A stretch of DNA of 64,000 nucleotides from a virus. The notes below the pieces were generated by a model. The model searched no databases. It was not told the origin of the DNA and saw nothing but the letters and a program-made list of their open reading frames with translations. Position 1 is the stretch's first letter; every line of letters begins with the position of its first letter. This document shows positions 1 through 8,899 of this stretch, piece after piece. The DNA lies in IMG/VR virus record IMGVR_UViG_3300046057_000051; one strand, written 5' to 3'. Both the position numbers and the translations under genes were made by a program.

Positions 1-382
1 AGACACCGCCCTCGACAGTCCATTTCACCGAAGGATAGTTGAAATGGCCGTCCGGGAATCCTTTGACCTTCGGAAACTGGTAGCTAAACGTCGATTCGAT
101 GGGCGACGTGCGCGCCGGGTCGTAGCTCTTTGAGAGGTCGAGGTCGCTGCTGTAGGCGGTATAAGTCCCGTCCATCTCGTACTGCCCGGTCGTTTCATCG
201 AGACTTTGGGTGAAGAAACGGCCGTAGAACGACCCACCGAACGGACGGTAGTCAACGAAATACTGGTCCTGAAGGTCGTTGCCCACTGACGTGTAGATGC
301 CGGCTTTAACTCGCCCATCTTCGTCCACCGGGGCCCGTGCATCTCCGAGCTTTTGGGGCTGAGGCGCGCGGCGCTGAGTCAT
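1..382 (-). CDS. Hypothetical protein, 3'-truncated by window edge (MTQRRAPQPQKLGDARAPVDEDGRVKAGIYTSVGNDLQDQYF...)
   Basis: ATG at 382; the frame stays open to base 1 with acidic haloarchaeal composition. Absent from the ORF track because it has no stop. Confidence 0.7.
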   Translation of the reverse strand, partial: MTQRRAPQPQKLGDARAPVDEDGRVKAGIYTSVGNDLQDQYFVDYRPFGGSFYGRFFTQSLDETTGQYEMDGTYTAYSSDLDLSKSYDPARTSPIESTFSYQFPKVKGFPDGHFNYPSVKWTVEGGV

Positions 383-443
383 ATGTAACCCTCATACCGC
401 TCATTGTCAATAAACCTGTGTGCCTACCCGGGGGTTTCGGCAG

Positions 444-1283
444 TTACATGTACCCCATGTCGCGCAACTGCGCTAACTGCTGTTTCTCGTCGGGCGAGAC
501 GCCCGACCAGTCGTCGCCCTCCTCGCCGGCCTCCGTACACGTCACGCAGTCGGTATGCTCGTAGCCCTCCTCGTAGAGCGACGGCAGCGGCACGCCGTGT
601 TTCCTCGTGTACGCCTTGACGTGGGCGTCCGACCAGTCGGCGAGCGGGTGGACGCGGGTGTGTGGGACGGGTTCGCGGTAGTTTTCGTCCACGACCGGGA
701 GGCTGCCGGGCACGTCGGCGGTGCGGCGGCCGACGATGAGCGTCCGATAGCCCTCCGCGATGAACTCGCCCATCGGCTCGATTTTCAGTCGGCCACAGCA
801 GGATTCGTACTTCGGGATGGCGCCGCCGGATTCGCTCCCCCACGACTCTGGGGTGTCGTCGTACTCCGTGGGGATGTAGTAGTCGTAGCCGCACGCCTCA
901 CACGCCATGTCGCCGCCGTCTCCGGCGGCGGTCATCGAGTCGGCGGCGCCGCAGTCGGGACACGTTGTTTGTCCGGCGTAGCCGCGGGGGTCCAACTCGT
1001 CGTTGAGGACGCCGTCGATGAAGTGGTCGTTGCGCTTCACGTCGTACTCAAGGTTCCACTCGTCGGCCATCCGCTCGCGGAACTCGTAGATTTCGTCGTA
1101 CTGGTCGCCCGTGTCCACCACGAGCAACGGCGGCATCTCCTCGACATCGCAACGCTGTCGGACGAGGTGTGCGAGGAGCATCGAGTCCTTCCCGCCGGTG
1201 AACAGGATGCCGGGGTCGCCCTCCGGCGGCTCCGTGATTGCGCGTTCCAGCGCCTCGGCGGCCGCTCGTTCCTTCGAGTGCAT
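444..1283 (-). CDS. PAPS reductase-family (PP-loop) protein with a Zn-ribbon insertion
   Basis: PP-loop ILFTGGKDS, VVDTG, CC motif (ESCCGRLKIEPM), VGRR, RVHPLADWS, LPSLYEEGY..DC..C. Inserted CPDCG...CEACG. Confidence 0.85.
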   Translation of the reverse strand: MHSKERAAAEALERAITEPPEGDPGILFTGGKDSMLLAHLVRQRCDVEEMPPLLVVDTGDQYDEIYEFRERMADEWNLEYDVKRNDHFIDGVLNDELDPRGYAGQTTCPDCGAADSMTAAGDGGDMACEACGYDYYIPTEYDDTPESWGSESGGAIPKYESCCGRLKIEPMGEFIAEGYRTLIVGRRTADVPGSLPVVDENYREPVPHTRVHPLADWSDAHVKAYTRKHGVPLPSLYEEGYEHTDCVTCTEAGEEGDDWSGVSPDEKQQLAQLRDMGYM

Positions 1284-1284
1284 G

Positions 1285-1710
1285 CTATACTTCGGCGTCG
1301 ATGAGGCCGACGTATGGCAGCCACGCCGCCTGCGTGCCGTTGACTCCCTGGTCGTCGTCCGTTATCTCGATGGCTGTTCGGCCGGAGACGTTGCCCATCT
1401 CGACCACCCACAGGTCCGTGTGGTACCCGGATTTCTCGTTGATGAAGGTCTCCACGTCGTTCTGGTCGCGGAGCAGGAACTCCGTCGGCCCCCAGTTCGT
1501 GTGGAACGTGGCGACGGGGTTTTCGAGCCCCGACATGTACCGGGAGAGGTCGAACCTGATGGTGTCGCCCACGCTCGTCATCTCGTAGTAGGCGACGTTA
1601 CCGTTGTTGCTGTCGTCCTGCGACACGAAGTTCGGACCCGTGTGGTCCTCGTAAGCCGCGTCGTCAGGCCGGATGCCCACAAGCATAGCTCTGGGTTGCC
1701 CTCGAACCAT
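1285..1710 (-). CDS. Hypothetical beta-rich protein, paralog of 1739-2182
   Basis: Aligns with its neighbour: GIRPDDAAYEDHTG/GIRPGDHAYTDHAG, GDTIRFDLSR/GDTIDFDLRR, AAWLPYV/AAWYPYV. Start at 1710 or 1686. Confidence 0.75.
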   Translation of the reverse strand: MVRGQPRAMLVGIRPDDAAYEDHTGPNFVSQDDSNNGNVAYYEMTSVGDTIRFDLSRYMSGLENPVATFHTNWGPTEFLLRDQNDVETFINEKSGYHTDLWVVEMGNVSGRTAIEITDDDQGVNGTQAAWLPYVGLIDAEV

Positions 1711-1738
1711 CAAAAAACTGTCCACGAGCCGAAAATCG

Positions 1739-2182
1739 TTAGAGTGGCGCTTCGTGAATCTCGACGTAAGGGTACCACGCCGCCTCCGTGCCGTCCCCCG
1801 TCCCGGACGGGTCGAACGTCGTGAGCCGCAGCTTCCCGCTGGTCGCGGTGATGTCCACCGGCCACGCTTCGTTGTTGAACCCGGACCCCTCATCGACAAT
1901 CGCATCCCCTTCGGCCCGGTCTTTCAGCGTGTAGTCGGTCGTGCCCCAGAGCGTGTGCAACACGACATGTGGGTTTTCGTACATCTGGATGTCCCGGCGG
2001 AGGTCGAAGTCGATGGTGTCGCCTTTCGCCTGTATCTCGTAGTGTGGGACGTTCCCGTTGCCGTTCTCGTCCTGTTGGTGGTAGACCGCGCCGGCGTGGT
2101 CGGTGTAGGCGTGGTCGCCGGGCCGGATGCCGATAACCTTGTCCACTCGGGTCCCTGACACGACGCCTGCGCCGAAGCCCAT
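1739..2182 (-). CDS. Hypothetical beta-rich protein, paralog of 1285-1710
   Basis: 147 aa ORF with GGAGGTG SD upstream; paralogy as above. Confidence 0.8.
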   Translation of the reverse strand: MGFGAGVVSGTRVDKVIGIRPGDHAYTDHAGAVYHQQDENGNGNVPHYEIQAKGDTIDFDLRRDIQMYENPHVVLHTLWGTTDYTLKDRAEGDAIVDEGSGFNNEAWPVDITATSGKLRLTTFDPSGTGDGTEAAWYPYVEIHEAPL

Positions 2183-2184
2183 CG

Positions 2185-3135
2185 TTACACCTCCACCGCG
2201 ATGGCGGTCAGCGTTCCCTGCACGTCGGTGTAGGCGTTACTGCCGCTGGTCTCGACGATGTGTAGCTCGATGAGTTCCTCGACGAACATGTACCCATCCT
2301 CGTTGAACTCGTAGAGGTCCGGCGGGGTCGCCCACGGTACCGTCCCGGAGAGGTCCTCGTCGCGCTCCTGGGTGCCGTCGATGTAGTAGTCGTACCGGGT
2401 GGTGTCGTGGCTGGTGGCGTTCGTGTGTTTGACGAGCAGGAGTTGGTCTCGGGGGACTTGGATGCGGGCGAACGTTTTGTCCTCGCCGGGGTCGAGGTCG
2501 CTGTCCACGTCCCGGCGGGTGCCGTTCGTGTACGTCTGGTTGGCGACGCGGATGTGCTGGCCGACATCCGTGACTTTCGGGACGGCGTAGGTGCGGCCGC
2601 GGTACGCGAACGTCCCCGCGGGGTCGCCGAAGCCCGGGAGCGACAACTGGCCGTCCCCGAGGTTCTCCACGATGTTCCCGGGACTGATGACGCGGACGTT
2701 GTTGCCGCCGGCGATGTGTTCGGTGGCGCGCACGGTCGTGTTGAACACGGTCCCGCGGCGCTGGAACACCGCTTTCCCGATGTCGTTCTCGCGGATGTCC
2801 TCCGCCGCCTTTCCGACGGCCGCCAGCGGGAGGTTCGTCGAGTTTAGGATTTCCTCCGGCGGGACGACGCGCACGTCCACGGTGTAGTTGGTGGGGACGC
2901 CGGCGGAGTTCGTCTCGATGGCCGAAATCGGCATCGACTCCAGCCCGCCCATCTGCATCTTGTTGAGTAGCTGGAGTGCGAGGAGCCGCTGGTTCGTGAG
3001 TAGGGCCTCCAGGTACTCGTCGCCCGACGACATTTCGTCGCGCATCCGCTCGATGAAGTTGAGTTCCTCGACGACATCGCTCGGGCGGACGTACTCCCGT
3101 GTGTCCCGAGTGCCGCCGCCGCCGTTCGGTGACAT
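2185..3135 (-). CDS. Hypothetical protein, possibly structural
   Basis: 316 aa acidic ORF in a tightly packed operon; no catalytic motif seen. Confidence 0.7.
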   Translation of the reverse strand: MSPNGGGGTRDTREYVRPSDVVEELNFIERMRDEMSSGDEYLEALLTNQRLLALQLLNKMQMGGLESMPISAIETNSAGVPTNYTVDVRVVPPEEILNSTNLPLAAVGKAAEDIRENDIGKAVFQRRGTVFNTTVRATEHIAGGNNVRVISPGNIVENLGDGQLSLPGFGDPAGTFAYRGRTYAVPKVTDVGQHIRVANQTYTNGTRRDVDSDLDPGEDKTFARIQVPRDQLLLVKHTNATSHDTTRYDYYIDGTQERDEDLSGTVPWATPPDLYEFNEDGYMFVEELIELHIVETSGSNAYTDVQGTLTAIAVEV

Positions 3136-3179
3136 ATAGCCCGATTACTGGCGCTGCCGGAAAAAGCTATGCGCTGGAG

Positions 3180-3986
3180 CTACGGGCGTATCTCGCCGGC
3201 GTCCACCTGGACCCGGTAGTTGTACCACTGCCGGGGCAGGTTCGGGTTCGTGTTCGTCAGCGGCCCGTACTGGACGACGGCGCGTTTGTAGCCGGCACCT
3301 TCGAGCATGTCCAGCACGGTGTTATCGTCCTGCACCGGGCGGACGTGGTAGGTCTGGGCGCGCCCGATTACGTCGATGGTCTGGCTCCCCCCGCTCTGGT
3401 TGTTGAACCCGAAGTAGAAACGGTTCGGGCCGTCCTGCTCGCTGTCGATGCGGATGATTCCCTGGTCGGTTTTTTCCGACAGCGCGGTCGTCGGCATCGC
3501 CGCGTCGGTCGAGACGCTCGGGCTATCGACGTATGTGTAGTCGGAGAGGACGCCTGCCCGCTGGGGCAAATCGTCCGCTGAGAGGCCGCGGCCGCGGTCC
3601 TCGCCTTCGGCGAGGCCGTCGAGTACGTCGCCGTCGCCGGTCTGGACGCCGACGTATACGCCGTCCTGCGGGACGCCGAACGTCCACTCCTGGATGGTGC
3701 GGTCGCGCTCCTGTTGGATGGAGAACACCTCGTCGCCGGGGCTGTTCGTGTCCCGCGAGAACCCGTCCTCGCCGAACCAGCCGAACTCCTTGATGCTGTC
3801 GTCGGCGATGGTGAAGGCGTCGAACACGCGCTCGACGCGCCTGACGGAGCGTGCCACCTGGAAGGCGATGACGTTGATTGCGTTACGGTCCGACGTGCCG
3901 TAGGTCAGGACGATGTTGTCCCAGTTCCGGCTGAACACGTCGGTTGCGGCGGGGAACGTGGAGTCGTATCTGTGTGATGGCTCCAT
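3180..3986 (-). CDS. Hypothetical beta-rich protein, possibly structural
   Basis: Acidic coding segment starting MEPSHRYDSTF (ATG 3986) inside the 3180-4373 ORF; the upstream part overlaps the 4028-4498 gene. Confidence 0.7.
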   Translation of the reverse strand: MEPSHRYDSTFPAATDVFSRNWDNIVLTYGTSDRNAINVIAFQVARSVRRVERVFDAFTIADDSIKEFGWFGEDGFSRDTNSPGDEVFSIQQERDRTIQEWTFGVPQDGVYVGVQTGDGDVLDGLAEGEDRGRGLSADDLPQRAGVLSDYTYVDSPSVSTDAAMPTTALSEKTDQGIIRIDSEQDGPNRFYFGFNNQSGGSQTIDVIGRAQTYHVRPVQDDNTVLDMLEGAGYKRAVVQYGPLTNTNPNLPRQWYNYRVQVDAGEIRP

Positions 3987-4027
3987 TACATCGACTCGTT
4001 GCACGCCAGCGACGGTAAAGGTGTGGG

Positions 4028-4498
4028 TTAGCGGTACGCGGGCTGTTTCGCGTAGATTCCGGGGTAGTGGTCGTCCCACACGTCTATCGCGTCTTCGACG
4101 GCGACGGCCATCTGTGGGTCCTTCTCGAACCCGCGGCCGTCGGCTTCGTCCTCGAAGTTGATGGGTGCGCCGTTGACGAACTGCTGGTAGGCGAAGTGGT
4201 AGACGCGGCCCGTGTCCGTCTCGGGGATGTAGACGGCTTCGACGCCGGCGGCGTGGAGCCGCTCGAACAGCGCGACCGACAGGCCGTAGCCGTTGCCGTC
4301 GAACGGGAAATCGTACCACGGGTCCTCGCCGTGGTAGCAGTGGTCGCTGGTGTCGCGGGCGGAGATGTAGCACGGCCGGCCGGTTTCGAGGTTTTGGCCG
4401 ATGTAGCCGACGGACCGGGCGCCGAGTTCGAGGCGTCGGCGTTTTTGGACGTGCGGCCGGTTGTCCAGCCCGTAATCGGTGAGGTCTACCGCCGGCAT
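4028..4498 (-). CDS. Hypothetical protein
   Basis: 156 aa ORF with typical composition, operon packing. Confidence 0.75.
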   Translation of the reverse strand: MPAVDLTDYGLDNRPHVQKRRRLELGARSVGYIGQNLETGRPCYISARDTSDHCYHGEDPWYDFPFDGNGYGLSVALFERLHAAGVEAVYIPETDTGRVYHFAYQQFVNGAPINFEDEADGRGFEKDPQMAVAVEDAIDVWDDHYPGIYAKQPAYR

Positions 4499-4501
4499 CG
4501 A

Positions 4502-4834
4502 CTAATCGTCCTTCTCGTATCCGCCTTCGGCGTCGGCTCGTTCCACCACGCCCTCCACGGTCTCCACGGCCTCCGTGACGGCCTGCTCGCTCGTTTTACT
4601 CCAGTCTCCGCTGTGTCCGCTGACGTACACCGTCACGACGGCCATGTCGTCGCCGCGCTCGACGCCGACCGAGGCCTCCGGGGCGCCGGCGGTGATGGGT
4701 GAGGACACGGAGATGTCGTCGTCGGTGAGGTCGTTGAGTGCGTCGCGGACGGCCGACTGGTCGATGTCGGGGTGTGCGCTGTATTTGTGGAGCAGGTCCG
4801 AGGCCATGCGTCGGTCAACGGGGATTACAACCAA
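4502..4834 (-). CDS. Hypothetical protein
   Basis: 110 aa acidic ORF abutting its neighbour. Confidence 0.7.
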   Translation of the reverse strand: MVVIPVDRRMASDLLHKYSAHPDIDQSAVRDALNDLTDDDISVSSPITAGAPEASVGVERGDDMAVVTVYVSGHSGDWSKTSEQAVTEAVETVEGVVERADAEGGYEKDD

Positions 4835-4864
4835 AAAAGTTGGGTAGGGCAGCCAGTGCGGCGG

Positions 4865-5182
4865 TTACTCGCCGTTCAGGACATCCGCGGCTGACGAGAC
4901 CGGCTCGGCTTGGTCCCAGAGGATGTAGGCGTTCCACGCGAACATGACGAACAGGACGGCGTAGGCGATGAGGCGGAGAAGTTCCGTGACGGCTTCTTGG
5001 GAGATGAAGGGCTGGAAGTTCATCACGATGAGCGCGCTACCGACGGTAAGCAGCGTCCAGAGTCGCCCGCGGTCGTACTGTTTCCGCGAGACCATCAGGA
5101 GGTATACGACCATCGAGACGCCGAACACGCCCGTTAAGAAGCCGATTGTGTCGATTACCGTGGTGAAGGTCGCGTCGAACAT
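4865..5182 (-). CDS. Small membrane protein (about 3 TM)
   Basis: Three hydrophobic stretches in 105 aa. Confidence 0.75.
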   Translation of the reverse strand: MFDATFTTVIDTIGFLTGVFGVSMVVYLLMVSRKQYDRGRLWTLLTVGSALIVMNFQPFISQEAVTELLRLIAYAVLFVMFAWNAYILWDQAEPVSSAADVLNGE

Positions 5183-5198
5183 GGCTACGTGAGTCGGG

Positions 5199-5450
5199 TC
5201 AGGCGTTGTCGTTGTCGTCCGTGTCGTCGGTAGTTGGCGTCGATACCCTTATCTTTAATGGGAAGTGGTCGAGGACGAAATGTTCCAGGCTCAGCAGGCC
5301 GTAGATGAGCCCGAGCATCACGACGACCAGCCACGGGTTGAACGACACGCCGTCGAGGAACACGTCCCCCATCGAGATAGTCACGAACGCCATGATGATG
5401 ATGATGCCGCCGATAGAGCGGGCTAACTCGATGACGCTCATGTCCTCCAT
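5199..5450 (-). CDS. Small membrane protein (2 TM)
   Basis: Two hydrophobic stretches, acidic tail, GGAGGTGG SD upstream. Confidence 0.75.
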   Translation of the reverse strand: MEDMSVIELARSIGGIIIIMAFVTISMGDVFLDGVSFNPWLVVVMLGLIYGLLSLEHFVLDHFPLKIRVSTPTTDDTDDNDNA

Positions 5451-5591
5451 GTTCCACCTCCGTCTGGTGTGAGCGGCGCATTTGTGGCGTTCATCGGTTG
5501 GCTTCCACCGACGGCTCCATGCCCCGGCAACCGGCCGAGGTGGTGCTTCGGAGTGGGGGTTTGCGCCGCGACGAGTTAGGTTCTGGGGGAG

Positions 5592-6032
5592 TTACTCCTC
5601 TTGTTCCTCGAACCCGACATCGACTTCGACATCCGCCGACGCGGTCGTCGTGCCCGACGTACTCGACACGTCGAAGTCGATTTGTGGGTCCTCGCCGACG
5701 AACGCGGCGTTCTCGTCGTCCGTGGGGAAGAACTTCTCCTCGACCGTCCCGCCGGGGGACTGTTCGTTGACGAACACGTCGCTCCCGTCGCGCTCGATGT
5801 TGAACTCGAAGTCCTGCTCGTCGGCGTCCACTCGGACCTCCTCGACTTCGCCGTCCCGGCCGGCAGGGGTGCCGACGCGAGTCGTCCCCGTGGTAGAGGT
5901 GTCCACGTTATCGACCGAAACGGTCTCGACGACTTCCGTGGACGTGTCTGGCACCGCAGCGCCGGGGACTTCGCTGCCCGGCGTGACACCGGCTGGGGTG
6001 TCCGGTCCGGGCTGGTAGTCTGGGTCAACCAT
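5592..6032 (-). CDS. Acidic low-complexity hypothetical protein
   Basis: 146 aa D/E/T/V-rich ORF. Confidence 0.65.
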   Translation of the reverse strand: MVDPDYQPGPDTPAGVTPGSEVPGAAVPDTSTEVVETVSVDNVDTSTTGTTRVGTPAGRDGEVEEVRVDADEQDFEFNIERDGSDVFVNEQSPGGTVEEKFFPTDDENAAFVGEDPQIDFDVSSTSGTTTASADVEVDVGFEEQEE

Positions 6033-6065
6033 GTATCACTGGATTGAAGCGATTGTGGTTGGCCG

Positions 6066-6869
6066 TCAGACCAGGGTGGGGACGTTCGAGCCGGGAGCCA
6101 TGTAGAAGGCCACCGGGACGACTTCTGCGTCCCCGTCGTCGTAGATTTTCGCGTCGATGTCCACGGTCTGCTTTATCCAGGCGCCCTGGGAGAGCGTCGT
6201 GTGGGTTCCCGACAGGCGGTTGGCGAACAGGTGGTTGTTCGGCTCGTGGTCCTCCCCGTCGATGTCCGAGTAGAGGAACTTCGTGATGACGGACTTGCCG
6301 TCGCTGAGGTCGATGAAGTCGCCCGTGAAGTACAGCATCTCGTTGTCGTCCAGGTCGAGCGTGGTGCCGGCGGTCTGGCCGCCGTCTACGGTCCCGTCCT
6401 GGTCGATGAGTTCGAGCGTGTTCCCGCCCGTGAGACCCGTGGCGATGAAATTGTCTTGGTTGGTTCCCGTGATTTCCTCGTACACCTCGGGGGTGGCGAA
6501 CGTGAAGATGATGTCGTCCACGGTTCCACGCCGCAGGTTCTTCACCGTCCCCGACGGGGTCTCGTTGTCGCGCTTGTAGTAGGCGGCGAACCGCTGGAGC
6601 CGCTCGAACTCCATCCCGGTCCCGGGGAGTTCGAGTGTCCGCTCGGGCGTGACGAACGACGACATGACGCCCTGGATTTCCGCGCGGATGAGGTTCCGCT
6701 CGGTGAGGTCGTTGTCGCCGTAGTCTGCGACGACCTCGGTGATGGCGTTCAGGTCGGCGTTCGCCAGTTGTCGGAGCCGGTTCGAGTCGGTCAGCGTCGT
6801 CTTGAACCCATCCGGCATGGCGCCGCGGAAGCGCGCTTCGGAGAGGAGTTCAGTGCCACTTCGGGGCAT
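6066..6869 (-). CDS. Hypothetical protein, candidate major structural protein
   Basis: 267 aa; helical N-terminal half and beta-rich C-terminal half; first gene of the minus-strand cluster. The structural role is inference only. Confidence 0.65.
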   Translation of the reverse strand: MPRSGTELLSEARFRGAMPDGFKTTLTDSNRLRQLANADLNAITEVVADYGDNDLTERNLIRAEIQGVMSSFVTPERTLELPGTGMEFERLQRFAAYYKRDNETPSGTVKNLRRGTVDDIIFTFATPEVYEEITGTNQDNFIATGLTGGNTLELIDQDGTVDGGQTAGTTLDLDDNEMLYFTGDFIDLSDGKSVITKFLYSDIDGEDHEPNNHLFANRLSGTHTTLSQGAWIKQTVDIDAKIYDDGDAEVVPVAFYMAPGSNVPTLV

Positions 6870-6926
6870 ACACGGCGTCGTTGTTGAGGGATGGACTTAA
6901 TATTGGGGTACTACATGTAATACCAC

Positions 6927-7121
6927 ATGTCGAGGCGTGTCAGGATACAGATACGCGGACGCGAGGAGGTCCGACAGGAATGGGAAGCCGCCCGGGGACA
7001 GTTCGACTTGACGCACGGCGAGATGGCGCTGGAGATGGCGCTGTTCGTTATGGAGAACGAGCAACAGTTCCGTCGTCACTTACAGGCGGACGAACGAGAT
7101 TCCTCGACGGAGTCGCGCTAA
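6927..7121 (+). CDS. Small putative DNA-binding protein (RHH-like)
   Basis: 64 aa with a beta-strand (VRIQIR) then helices; divergent from 6869 across an AT-rich gap with TTAATA and ACATGT repeats. Confidence 0.55.
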   Translation: MSRRVRIQIRGREEVRQEWEAARGQFDLTHGEMALEMALFVMENEQQFRRHLQADERDSSTESR

Positions 7122-7142
7122 GAAACGACTGGCGGCGTGGCG

Positions 7143-7634
7143 TTACGCCCGCGAGTCCGTGGCGTTACGGTCGGGGCTCTGGTCGGTCTCCGAGTCGGAG
7201 GCGCCGCCGTTCCCGCCGTTGCCGCCGTTGCCGTTCGGCCGCTGACGTCGGCCGGTCTGGCCGACCTGCTGGCCGCCACCGGGGAGGAACTGCTGGGGGT
7301 TAGGGAACCCGCCGGCTCCCTGCATGCCGGGGAGTTGCGGGAGGCCGCCCTGTCCCTGCGCGCCCGGGAGGACGGACGAAGGGTCGGGGAGACCGCCCTG
7401 TCCCTGCATCCCGGGGAGGGATGGGGTCTGACCGGAGCCCAGGACGTTGAGGGGGCTGAACGACGAGACCTGCATCAGCACGTCCCGTGCGCTGTTTACG
7501 GCGGAGTCCGCACCGGGCGGCGCCGGCGCGCCGACTTGACTGCGGACGGTTCGTTCGGTGCGCTGTGCGGCGTTGAGGGCTGCGATTGCGGAGGCAGCCA
7601 CCGGGTCGAACTGGTGCTGTGGCCTGTGGGGCAT
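7143..7634 (-). CDS. Gly/Gln/Pro-rich low-complexity protein
   Basis: Repeats of LPG(M/A)QG(Q/A)GG(L/F)P. Confidence 0.7.
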   Translation of the reverse strand: MPHRPQHQFDPVAASAIAALNAAQRTERTVRSQVGAPAPPGADSAVNSARDVLMQVSSFSPLNVLGSGQTPSLPGMQGQGGLPDPSSVLPGAQGQGGLPQLPGMQGAGGFPNPQQFLPGGGQQVGQTGRRQRPNGNGGNGGNGGASDSETDQSPDRNATDSRA

Positions 7635-7664
7635 TGTTGTGTTGGATTGGATTGGGTCCGTCGG

Positions 7665-7910
7665 TTATCGCTCCGGCGGGTGGTTGACACCGAGGTCGCG
7701 GTCGATGTCCGCCATGATGCCGTCGGCCAGCGCGTCCGGCGTCGGGATACCGAGCGCGTCGGCGACGTGTCGCGGCGCGAGCCGCTTGAGGACGCTGCCG
7801 GGCTCGGGGAGTCCGAACGCATCGAACACTTGGTCGATGGAGTCCAGCACCGACTCAGTGACGTTGATGCTCACTTCGCCGGCCTTTGCCGCCTCCGGTC
7901 TGTCACTCAT
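7665..7910 (-). CDS. Small hypothetical protein (GLPEP/GIPTP motifs)
   Basis: MSDRPEAAK start at 7910 within the 7665-8006 ORF. Confidence 0.6.
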   Translation of the reverse strand: MSDRPEAAKAGEVSINVTESVLDSIDQVFDAFGLPEPGSVLKRLAPRHVADALGIPTPDALADGIMADIDRDLGVNHPPER

Positions 7911-7998
7911 ACCCCCATCTATACCTGACCACGACAAAAAACGTTGGGGTGAACTCGGTGTCATTGGCCGCGCGAGCGGCGGCCGATGTCGTGCCGCG

Positions 7999-8304
7999 TC
8001 ATTCATGCGTCACGTCGCTGCGCTCGATTGCCTCCCATCTACACCGTTGGGGGTGGTATCCTATACCCACATGGCCCGATTTTGTGGCGATAATGGCACC
8101 GATGACTTTGTTGGTTCCGGTGAGATGTGCTGTCTTTTCAACTGCTACAATGTCGTCAGCGGTGGTTAAAGCCACTATCTCGGAACCTGTTAACGGTCGG
8201 TTGGGTATAGACCCTATAACCTCGATTTCGTCCTGTTCGTCGGTTTGGTCGTCGGTGGCTTCGGCCATTTCGGCTTCGTGTTTGTGTGGTGTCTTGTCGC
8301 TCAT
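7999..8304 (-). CDS. Hypothetical protein
   Basis: MSDKTPHK start at 8304; acidic; lower-GC region. Confidence 0.6.
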   Translation of the reverse strand: MSDKTPHKHEAEMAEATDDQTDEQDEIEVIGSIPNRPLTGSEIVALTTADDIVAVEKTAHLTGTNKVIGAIIATKSGHVGIGYHPQRCRWEAIERSDVTHE

Positions 8305-8308
8305 GCGT

Positions 8309-8503
8309 TCACTTGCGTCCCACCTCGCTGGCAGGAAACGTCCTAAGACAGTTCGGGCAGAGGACGTGGGGGCCGGCAAGCGATTCCGCTTCGTTTATCG
8401 CCGACTGTAGCTCATCGTCGATGGTCGGAAACACGGCATACGCCTCCTGTGGAGACTCGGGGATGATGGAGCAGTCGCAGGGCGAGATGTCGTTTAGCGG
8501 CAT
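8309..8503 (-). CDS. Small Zn-finger-like protein
   Basis: CDC and CPNC motifs in 64 aa. Confidence 0.6.
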   Translation of the reverse strand: MPLNDISPCDCSIIPESPQEAYAVFPTIDDELQSAINEAESLAGPHVLCPNCLRTFPASEVGRK

Positions 8504-8506
8504 GGA

Positions 8507-8707
8507 CTATGCTTCCTCCTCCTGCTCGTACAGCCGTAGCCGTATCTCGGCCCTGTCGGTGTCGTAGACGTACCGATTCACCTCGATGTCGCCGTTGGAG
8601 TCAACGCCTGCCTCCTCTAACTGTGCGCGTGAGATTGGCACGAGGACGCCGCGGTTGTCGCCTTGGGATACTGCGTTCACGCGGCGCTTGGAGATTTTGT
8701 TCGGCAT
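8507..8707 (-). CDS. Small protein, possibly AbrB-like DNA-binding
   Basis: 66 aa with VLVPISRAQLEEAGV pattern; TTATAT box about 40 nt upstream. Confidence 0.55.
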   Translation of the reverse strand: MPNKISKRRVNAVSQGDNRGVLVPISRAQLEEAGVDSNGDIEVNRYVYDTDRAEIRLRLYEQEEEA

Positions 8708-8899
8708 TTATCCGTCCACCACCGATTCGAGGGGTTCGACACCCATATAACCCCAGTAACGGTCTATGTTAATAACATTTTCCCACTGTCGGCGTTCACG
8801 ACAGCCGTAAAGGGGTGCTGTCGGGCTAACACACGCGCCGCTGTGCGCCGCTCTACGCCGCTGTGAGCAACCACCCTCCTCCAGCCCGCCGAGAGACCG

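Noticed and set aside
6066-6869. Assignment as a known sphaerolipovirus or double-jelly-roll major capsid protein
   Set aside because: I cannot see sequence similarity to the capsid proteins I know; this needs structure prediction.
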